DNA from: a virus
Reading direction: 5' to 3' (one strand)
DNA: 64,000 nucleotides
Virus record (IMG/VR): IMGVR_UViG_3300046170_000502
Coordinates: 1-64,000 of that record
Shown here piece by piece: positions 56,739 through 64,000 of the stretch (its first letter is position 1; each line of letters starts with the position of its first letter). Under the pieces are notes generated by a model. The model was not told the DNA's origin and made no database searches. It worked only from the letters and a program-made list of their open reading frames with translations. The position numbers and the translations under genes are program-made.

Positions 56739-57652
56739 TCGCTTGCAAAATATGTTCAAAAAAATTCGAGACCGAAAAAGAATTACATTTTCATTTGAAG
56801 TCTCACAAGATTACTCTTGCGGAATATTATGTGAAATATTATCCTCGATATAATTTATTGACAGAAGAACCTCTACCGTTCAAGACAAAAGAACAATATT
56901 TTAGTAAAGATTTTAGCTACAGGAAACAATTACTTCAATGGTGCGAACAAGAAGATTGTAATACAGTGAGAGAATATATTCTTAATATGCTTAAAAAAAG
57001 AATTAAGCATAAAGAATTAAAATTTGCACCATTTCATTTGGAATTAGTTGTCAATGATTTTCCAGGAGTAGACATTTACCAAAAACATTTCGGATCGTAC
57101 ACTCAGGCATGCCAAGAAGCTGGGGTCGAACCTATGTTTGATTGCAGGTTGCCTGCTGAGTGGAAAAATGAAGTTAAATCAAATTTAGAAATATTTATTG
57201 ACACTCGAGAACAGCAACCTTTATATTTTAAAAATTCTAAATCATTAAAGTTAGATTTTGGGGATTATGCGGTTGGTGGAGATGATTATGATTATACATA
57301 TGTAGATCGAAAAGGAGAGCAAGATTTTAAGTCAACTTTAAGTAAAAATAATTATCAAAGATTTAAAGCCGAGTTGCAAAGAGCAAGAGATATGGACAGT
57401 TATTTATTTGTAGTTACAGAAAGTGATTTATTCCAAATAGATAAAAACAATAAATGGTCGCCGCACCGCTCAAATTTAAAATATATATATCACAATATGA
57501 GAGTTCTTGCGCACGAATTTGCAGGTCACTGTCAATTCATTTTTAGCGGAAGCAGGGGCCAATCAGAAGAATTAATTCCAAAAATTTTAACATTAGGTAA
57601 AAAATTATGGAAAGTTGATTTACAATATTACATCGACAATAAACTTATATAA
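56735..57652 (+). CDS. C2H2 Zn finger + ERCC4-type nuclease
   Basis: CKIC..HLKSH; IDTREQ, LDFGDY, VDRK..DF..TL..RF..EL.R. Confidence 0.75.
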   Translation: MIACKICSKKFETEKELHFHLKSHKITLAEYYVKYYPRYNLLTEEPLPFKTKEQYFSKDFSYRKQLLQWCEQEDCNTVREYILNMLKKRIKHKELKFAPFHLELVVNDFPGVDIYQKHFGSYTQACQEAGVEPMFDCRLPAEWKNEVKSNLEIFIDTREQQPLYFKNSKSLKLDFGDYAVGGDDYDYTYVDRKGEQDFKSTLSKNNYQRFKAELQRARDMDSYLFVVTESDLFQIDKNNKWSPHRSNLKYIYHNMRVLAHEFAGHCQFIFSGSRGQSEELIPKILTLGKKLWKVDLQYYIDNKLI

Positions 57653-59523
57653 TGAGCTGGGAACCAGGAAGACAAATATCTAGAAAATCTGAAAGCGATT
57701 TTAATGAAGAAATTTTAAAGAAAGAGGGGTTTATAGAAGAGAAGGAAGCTAAGCTTTTATTATACCAGTTTCTAAGAGAAAATATAACATTTTCTGCAGA
57801 TTTGATCAGCGGAGTAAAATTGTTCCCCTTTCAGCATATGGCTATCAAGGCCATGTTCGAGACGGATTATTTTATGGGGGTTTGGAGTCGTGGGATGAGT
57901 AAATCTTTTACTACCGCGATTTATGCTTATATGGATGCTATTTTAAATCAAGGTGTTGAAATTGGTATTCTCTCAAAGTCATTTAGGCAGGCAAAAATGA
58001 TATTTAAAAAGATCGAGGATATTGCTTCAAAGCCTGGTGCGTTATACTTATCTCAATGTATCACTCATAAATCGAAAAGCAACGACGAATGGTTGCTTGA
58101 AATAGGCTCTAGTAGAATTCGAGCTTTACCTCTTGGTGATGGTGAAAAACTTCGTGGATTTCGATTTCATAGAATCATTATTGATGAGTTTGCTTTGATG
58201 CCAGAAAGAATTTATAATGAGGTTATTATTCCGTTCTTGAGTGTTGTTGAGAACCCAACCCAAAGGGAAGAGCTTTATAATTTAGAAACAGAATTGATCA
58301 CAAAGGGCGAAATGCAAGAAAGTGAAAGGCATATTTGGCCTAATAATAAACTTATAGCTCTTTCTTCTGCAAGTTATAAATTTGAATACATGTACAAAGC
58401 TTACGAGCAATTCGAAAATTTGATTAAAGTAGGAGGAGACAAGGAGTCGGATGCTCATAGAATAATTATGCAATTTAGTTATGACTGCGCCCCAAAGCAA
58501 TTGTATGATAAGAATCTTTTAGAGCAAGCTAAATCGACCATGAGTCAGAGTCAATTTGACCGAGAGTTTAATTCGATATTTACCGATGATAGTAGCGGCT
58601 ATTTCAAAACATCGAAAATGGCAACCTGCACTTTGCCAGACGGAGAATCGCCAAGTATAGAGGTTGCTGGAGACCCTGGGGCTAAATACATTTTAGCTTT
58701 CGATCCAAGTTGGGCTGAAAGTGAAAGTAGTGATGATTTCGCGATGATGATCTTGAGATTAGATGATGAAAAAAAGATTGGAGTCGTTGTCCACAGTTAT
58801 GCATTAAGTGGAGCAAATTTAAAACAACATATTTATTATTTTTATTATTTGTTAAAACATTTTAATATTGTATCTATTATTGGCGATTATAATGGTGGAG
58901 TTCAATTTATAAATGCTGCAAATGAGAGTAGTTTATTCAAGGAAAATAAAATAAATATAAAATGCTTGAATACAAATTTTGACGATATAGAAAATTATCA
59001 AGACAAATTAAAGGAGGGAAAAAAAGAATACAACCTGGAGAATAATACGATTTGTTATTTACGTAAACCGACCAGTCAATGGATACGCCGAGCAAATGAA
59101 TTACTTCAAGCTAATTTTGATCATAAAAGAATATTCTTCGGGTCAAGAGCAATTAATGACTCTTATAACGAGCAAAGAAATAAAAAAATACCAATTCAGG
59201 ATATACATTTTTTAAGAACTTCTCAGAGCTTAGGCAAGCAAACCAATAGCGCCAAAATGATTGACTTCGTGGAGCATCAATTTGATATGTTAAATCTAAC
59301 AAAAACAGAGTGCTCTTTAATTCAAATCACAACCTCTTCTGGAGGTACGCAAAACTTCGATTTGCCACCAAGTTTAAAGCGGCAAACTGGCCCGGAGAAA
59401 GCGAGGAAAGATAGCTATTCCGCCCTAGTACTTGGAAATTGGATGATAAAACTTTATTATGATATAGTGAATGTCAAGATAGAAAACGCGAATTACTCCT
59501 TTACTCCCATGTTTATAAACTAA
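57652..59523 (+). CDS. terL: Terminase large subunit
   Basis: SRGMSKSF (Walker A), LRGFRFHRIIIDE (Walker B), LSSA motif III, RNase H-like AFDP..DDFA, KDSYSAL. Confidence 0.85.
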   Translation: MSWEPGRQISRKSESDFNEEILKKEGFIEEKEAKLLLYQFLRENITFSADLISGVKLFPFQHMAIKAMFETDYFMGVWSRGMSKSFTTAIYAYMDAILNQGVEIGILSKSFRQAKMIFKKIEDIASKPGALYLSQCITHKSKSNDEWLLEIGSSRIRALPLGDGEKLRGFRFHRIIIDEFALMPERIYNEVIIPFLSVVENPTQREELYNLETELITKGEMQESERHIWPNNKLIALSSASYKFEYMYKAYEQFENLIKVGGDKESDAHRIIMQFSYDCAPKQLYDKNLLEQAKSTMSQSQFDREFNSIFTDDSSGYFKTSKMATCTLPDGESPSIEVAGDPGAKYILAFDPSWAESESSDDFAMMILRLDDEKKIGVVVHSYALSGANLKQHIYYFYYLLKHFNIVSIIGDYNGGVQFINAANESSLFKENKINIKCLNTNFDDIENYQDKLKEGKKEYNLENNTICYLRKPTSQWIRRANELLQANFDHKRIFFGSRAINDSYNEQRNKKIPIQDIHFLRTSQSLGKQTNSAKMIDFVEHQFDMLNLTKTECSLIQITTSSGGTQNFDLPPSLKRQTGPEKARKDSYSALVLGNWMIKLYYDIVNVKIENANYSFTPMFIN

Positions 59524-59534
59524 GTGTAACATTT

Positions 59535-61163
59535 ATGGAAATGGATATACCATATAAATACAAGACTACTTTTGATAATATCATTGTCGCATCTAGTGAT
59601 TTTGAAAATTTAAATATCAGCAAGGCTTCACTCGAGCCCCTTAGACCTTTAATCCCGGAAGATATTAATCTTGACAGAAATATCGATCTACTCGGAATTG
59701 CATTTAATGCCGCCGTTGTGAATAAATTCAATAAAAACGGAGATGGCATTGATAGCGAAACTGCGGTAGCTGTAAAAGATTACTTTATTCACAAGCCAAC
59801 TAATATCGAGCATAATCGAGATAAAATTGTTGGACATATCGTTTCTGCGGGATTTTCAAAATATGGAGATTCCTCAGATTTATTATCGAATGAAGAGGCT
59901 CTTTTGGAGGAAAATGCATATAATATAGCTTTAGCAGCAGTAATTTACAAAACCGCCAGTAAGGAATTTGCAGATTTAGCGATCAATTCGACAGATGAAT
60001 CTAGTGATTACTATAATACAGTTTCTGCAAGTTGGGAAGTTGGTTTTAATGATTATGTAATCGCCGTTGGTGGCGACGATCTGTATAAATCTTCAATCGT
60101 CTCAGACCCTCAAGAAATAGAAGCTTATTCTCCATATTTAAAATCTCTTGGAGGCAAAGGTTGCTTGAGTGACGGCAGAAAAGTTAATAGGCTTATTGTC
60201 GGCGATATATACCCCCTAGGAATTGGGTTCACTTCAAATCCAGCTGCAGATGTGCAAGGTATTATAGCGGAAGATCAACAGAATTCGACCCCATCGCGAA
60301 GCCCGCGAGAATCTATCGAGAAGATTATCGTAAAAAGTAAAAAAATTTCCCATTCATCCAAAGAGGATGTATTAAACAAAGAACCTAATAATAATTTAAT
60401 TATGGATAAAGATCAACTCATTAACGAATTCCGAGCAGCTTTAGATGAAAAGCTTGGCAAGCAAGATTTTTCTGAAGAAAGCGTCGCTAGCATCTCCAAG
60501 GTGTTTATCGAGGCTATCAGAGAAAAAGGCGAACAGTATGTTGCCGACCTTGAAAAAGCTAAAGCTGAAAAAGAAGAAGCTGTTCAGGCTCAAAGCTCTT
60601 TACAAGACAAAGTAAATCAAGTAGAAGAGCAACTCTTATCAACCAAACAAAAACTTGAAGCCCTTGAGCAAGAGAACACCGCTCGTGAAGCTGAAGTTCG
60701 TTTCAATGCACGCATGGAAATGCTCAATGAGATTTATCAATTAGATGAAGATGATTCTAAAATCGTCGCCTCAGAGCTTTCCTCGCTTGATGCAACCGAA
60801 GAAGGTTTCTCAGAGTATCAAGAAAAACTTTCAAAAGTTTGGAAGCATAAAAACAAAGAATTTATCGCAGCTGAACAAAAAGCGTTTGAAGATCGCGTAA
60901 CTCAAGAAGTTGAAAAACGTCTCGAGACCGTTCAAGCTACAGAAGAGACTTTAGAAGAAGATTCTCAGGAAGATTCGGTTGAAGTCTCTGAAGCCTCACA
61001 AACTGAAAATGAAGAATCTTCGGACGAAGTTGAAGAAACTCTCGACAATCTTCAAGTTGAAGAAGCGGCAATCGTTAACAATAACGAAAGCTCTTCCGAA
61101 GGAGAATCTCTTCGTGATCGATTCGCGAAGACCTTCAAAGAATCAGTTAAAATTTCATACTAA
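59535..61163 (+). CDS. Prohead protease/scaffold fusion
   Basis: NKNGDG, HKPTNIEH..IVGH, SASWEV in the N-term; long acidic coiled-coil C-term; position before capsid genes. Confidence 0.7.
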   Translation: MEMDIPYKYKTTFDNIIVASSDFENLNISKASLEPLRPLIPEDINLDRNIDLLGIAFNAAVVNKFNKNGDGIDSETAVAVKDYFIHKPTNIEHNRDKIVGHIVSAGFSKYGDSSDLLSNEEALLEENAYNIALAAVIYKTASKEFADLAINSTDESSDYYNTVSASWEVGFNDYVIAVGGDDLYKSSIVSDPQEIEAYSPYLKSLGGKGCLSDGRKVNRLIVGDIYPLGIGFTSNPAADVQGIIAEDQQNSTPSRSPRESIEKIIVKSKKISHSSKEDVLNKEPNNNLIMDKDQLINEFRAALDEKLGKQDFSEESVASISKVFIEAIREKGEQYVADLEKAKAEKEEAVQAQSSLQDKVNQVEEQLLSTKQKLEALEQENTAREAEVRFNARMEMLNEIYQLDEDDSKIVASELSSLDATEEGFSEYQEKLSKVWKHKNKEFIAAEQKAFEDRVTQEVEKRLETVQATEETLEEDSQEDSVEVSEASQTENEESSDEVEETLDNLQVEEAAIVNNNESSSEGESLRDRFAKTFKESVKISY

Positions 61164-61182
61164 TATATAAAAGAAAAAAATT

Positions 61183-61800
61183 ATGGCAAAAAGAATACTA
61201 CCATACCGTGACTACAGTGAACATGACGTTTTGAATCTGTTCTCTCTCGACACCAGCGCTTATACTATCGCTAACGCGAAGTCTGACGCTGCTGCAGGAG
61301 AGGCATTTGATTCAGGTGTTGTGGTCAAAGTAAAAACAGGTGAACTGCCCGGTGATATGAACAACGCAGATAGCGGTCTCGCGACCTCAGGTGATCTTAG
61401 AGATTACTTGGGAGCAAGTCCAACAAGTGCGCACATCGGATACAATGCATACCCCTATAACGGTATGACAGTTGAACCTGCTGACGCTGGCGAAGTAGCC
61501 GTAGGAATCACATTACGTGAAACCTTGGCATACGACGAAAATGGAGAAAAACTTCTCTATTATAAACAAAAATTGGACGAAGCTCAAGCAGTTCTTCCCG
61601 GTCAAACAGTTCCTGTTTTGACAAGAGGGTTAGTTCTTCTTGATTCTAATGCAGTAACAGGCGATCCTGCTGTCGGCGCACAACTTGAAGTTGCTACTGA
61701 TGGAACTTTGGTTGCAGACACATCAGCAGGCAATGCAATGGTCGCTACTGTTTTAGCAAAAAGCGGTTCCGATAAATTCCTCTGCAAAATCAGCTTCTAA
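61183..61800 (+). CDS. Capsid decoration/auxiliary protein
   Basis: Small G/A-rich protein between scaffold and MCP; VPVLTRG. Confidence 0.6.
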   Translation: MAKRILPYRDYSEHDVLNLFSLDTSAYTIANAKSDAAAGEAFDSGVVVKVKTGELPGDMNNADSGLATSGDLRDYLGASPTSAHIGYNAYPYNGMTVEPADAGEVAVGITLRETLAYDENGEKLLYYKQKLDEAQAVLPGQTVPVLTRGLVLLDSNAVTGDPAVGAQLEVATDGTLVADTSAGNAMVATVLAKSGSDKFLCKISF

Positions 61801-61818
61801 GAAAGGAAATTTAATATA

Positions 61819-62940
61819 ATGAAAATTACTTTAGACAGAACACCCGAGCAAGTCGAGCTTATCAAAGCTATGGCTTCGAAAAACAGAGAAGTTGCTTACG
61901 AAGCTCAAACTGCATTGGCTGAATTTATTGGTCCAGTTTTAGCGGAAGTTGTTAACACAGCTCCTACAGTAAGTAACATGTTTACTAGCCTTCAGTTCAA
62001 CAGCGATGAGAGCCCAAGTATTCCTTTGGATCTTTATCACGACATTACTGACGAAGATTACATTCAAGTTTGGAGTCAATCCGTTCCAGGAGGTCTTCCT
62101 ACTAACCAAGTCGCTCCTTCACAAAGCGAGCTTAAGTTCACAACTTATACTCTCGACAGTGCATTAAGCTTCGATAAGCGCTACGCTTCTCGTTCAAGAC
62201 TTGACGTTGTAAGCAAGACTTTCACACGTATGGCTCAAGAAGTTCTTCTTAAACAAGAAAAAACTTCTGCCAGTATGATTATGACTGCTTTGGCTAACGC
62301 AACCACAAATAATGACAAGCACGTTATTCGTTCCGCTCAAGCTGGAAGGTTCTTACTTTCAGACTTGAATAAGCTGTTTACTAGAGCAAAAAGAATTAAT
62401 ACTTCTTGGACTGGTGGAACACCTGCTGATCGTCGTGGGCGCGGAATTACCGATATCTTGGTTTCTCCTGAAATCGTAGAAGAAATTCGCGGTCTAGCTT
62501 ATAACCCCATCAACACCCAAGGCTCTAACACCGATATCGCTGGTACAGACAGCATGCGCGACGCTATCTTTAATAGTGCTGGCATTCCTGAGTTCTATGG
62601 CGTATCCATTCAAGAGTATAATGAAATGGGTATTGATCAAGCGTGGAATAAAGTCTTCGACTCTTCCTCGAGTGGTTCTTATGACGACCATTATTCGGTT
62701 GCAACTAGCCCCGCAAAGACAACCTTTACGCAGGCAGAAGAGCAAATCCTTGTCGGTGTTGATCTTAGCCGTGAGTCTATGATTCGCGCAGTAGCTACCG
62801 ATTCCGAGTCCGGAGACGAGTTTAGTCTTGTATCCGATGACCAATTCGTAACACGTCAATCTAAGATTGGTTACTACGGTTCTCTTGAAGAGGGACGTAT
62901 GATCATCGACGACCGCGTATTACTTGGTCTGATCGTTTAA
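61819..62940 (+). CDS. Major capsid protein (HK97-like, probable)
   Basis: 373 aa, biased codons, ITDILVSPE, follows scaffold/decoration, strong terminator after. Confidence 0.8.
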   Translation: MKITLDRTPEQVELIKAMASKNREVAYEAQTALAEFIGPVLAEVVNTAPTVSNMFTSLQFNSDESPSIPLDLYHDITDEDYIQVWSQSVPGGLPTNQVAPSQSELKFTTYTLDSALSFDKRYASRSRLDVVSKTFTRMAQEVLLKQEKTSASMIMTALANATTNNDKHVIRSAQAGRFLLSDLNKLFTRAKRINTSWTGGTPADRRGRGITDILVSPEIVEEIRGLAYNPINTQGSNTDIAGTDSMRDAIFNSAGIPEFYGVSIQEYNEMGIDQAWNKVFDSSSSGSYDDHYSVATSPAKTTFTQAEEQILVGVDLSRESMIRAVATDSESGDEFSLVSDDQFVTRQSKIGYYGSLEEGRMIIDDRVLLGLIV

Positions 62941-62968
62941 TTTAAATAGAATTAACGTTTTATAAAAG

Positions 62969-62998
62969 TCCACCTCAGGCAACTGGGGTGGATTTTTT
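62969..62998 (+). terminator. Rho-independent terminator after MCP
   Basis: TCCACCTCAG-GCAA-CTGGGGTGGA + T6. Confidence 0.9.
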
Positions 62999-63052
62999 AT
63001 TTAAAATCATTATTATATAGTGTATTAAAATACAAAGGAACAAGGTACAATT

Positions 63053-63460
63053 ATGGCAAATAAAAAAACAACTAAAAAAACGAGCAAAGCTGCGGCCAAA
63101 AAGGCCCCAAAGCTTGAAGAACTCAACCAAACAAACGGAAAGAGCTATGAGGATCAAGTAGCCAAAGCTAAGGAGTTGGAAGAAATTTTGGGCATCGCTA
63201 AGATAAACCCTTTTAAAACAAATGACAAAAGAATCTTTAAAGATATGCTTGAGGATATGAATTTGACTGATCTCCAGGCTTTTGCGGTAAAAGTTGGGGT
63301 ATTTCCCTCCGGAAATAAAACTGTATTGAGAAATAAAATAAAAAAAGCTTTTGATTCTAGTTTACATGGGCAAGGAAGTGTTCAAATTATGGGGGAACCT
63401 ATTAATCTTGACCCTAGAAACCCAAAACACAAAGAGGTTATTGATTATTTGAAAGGTTAA
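63053..63460 (+). CDS. Hypothetical protein (head module)
   Basis: Basic N-term; GTGTA at 63020. Confidence 0.6.
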   Translation: MANKKTTKKTSKAAAKKAPKLEELNQTNGKSYEDQVAKAKELEEILGIAKINPFKTNDKRIFKDMLEDMNLTDLQAFAVKVGVFPSGNKTVLRNKIKKAFDSSLHGQGSVQIMGEPINLDPRNPKHKEVIDYLKG

Positions 63461-63462
63461 TT

Positions 63463-63981
63463 ATGGTCTCGGGTCAATATAGCGATACAATTGTTGGGGC
63501 ATTTGCTGAAAAGGTTTATGATGAAGAAATTGGTTTTCATTTATCGGGAGACGCAAGAGATGTCGAAATAGGTTTAATTGCAAACTGGGTTGAGGGTCAC
63601 TTCGGGGAATTAAATAATTTAATCTTCACGTCCTTGAGTGGTTATAGTCCAGTTGAATTTAATCTAGAAGAACAATCAATTATGCGAGAATTGTATTTAT
63701 CTGAATATAATAGGAAAGCAGAAAGGCAAGTGCTAAGAGGTATCGACGGAAGTAATGGGCAAAATGAGTTTCAAGTTATACGAGAAGGGGATTCTATGAT
63801 CCAGAAGTCAAACAAAAATATTACTGCAAAAAATTATCATGCAGCTTATAGAGCTTCACAGGAAAGGGTCAAAGAATTAGTTCACTCTTACAACCTGTAT
63901 GGCGCGATACCAAACCAAGTTGCCGGAAAAGACGCGCCGATTAGCGGCAGTAATGGAGAAATAGGTGGATATTATTCTTAA
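63463..63981 (+). CDS. Hypothetical protein (possible head-tail adaptor)
   Basis: Position downstream of MCP. Confidence 0.55.
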   Translation: MVSGQYSDTIVGAFAEKVYDEEIGFHLSGDARDVEIGLIANWVEGHFGELNNLIFTSLSGYSPVEFNLEEQSIMRELYLSEYNRKAERQVLRGIDGSNGQNEFQVIREGDSMIQKSNKNITAKNYHAAYRASQERVKELVHSYNLYGAIPNQVAGKDAPISGSNGEIGGYYS

Positions 63982-64000
63982 AGCGGTGTAATAAATATTA

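Noticed and set aside
1-64000. Stop-codon reassignment (alternative genetic code)
   Set aside because: Long conserved genes (rIIA, TerL, ligase, MCP) are intact in code 11; the breaks seen are frameshifts, not in-frame stops.
1-64000. Retron, DGR, group II intron or IS element
   Set aside because: No reverse transcriptase, transposase or integrase motifs recognised in any ORF.

Overview
AT-rich 64-kb segment of a large tailed dsDNA phage (Caudoviricetes-type), read with the standard code; no rRNA or cellular housekeeping operons. Four modules: (1) 0.06-12.2 kb, a glycan/sulfation island (GT25/GT2/GT90 glycosyltransferases, two sulfotransferases, an APS-kinase+nucleotidyltransferase fusion, CysQ, an RmlD-like reductase, a cytidylyltransferase and a methyltransferase) plus tRNA-Thr and tRNA-Ser; (2) 12.5-44.7 kb, a rightward early/host-takeover region of about 70 mostly tiny ORFs behind sigma70-type promoters (roughly 45 counted by eye across the window, many apparently leaderless), with UvsE, rIIA/rIIB, two HhH-GPD glycosylases, DNA ligase, tRNA-Asp, DUF932, gp88-like and candidate ncRNAs; (3) 44.9-49.5 kb, a leftward early region converging on module 2; (4) 49.8-64 kb, PhoH, a putative lysis cassette, a phage sigma factor, ERCC4 nuclease, TerL, prohead protease/scaffold, decoration protein and major capsid protein. 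The most striking unexplained structure is a family of about 10 palindromic ~80-bp elements (38.97-49.53 kb), most of them just upstream of a promoter+start-codon module, which cut the early region into gene cassettes. Other highlights: a boxA/promoter/terminator-bounded structured RNA ending in CCA, a GTGTA-N9-11-ATG putative late promoter, and a G-quadruplex motif at the early/late junction. Several single-base indels look like long-read errors. The supplied ORF track mislabels 5660..6463 as '+'; it is on the minus strand. All protein family calls are by motif recognition; no database searches were run.
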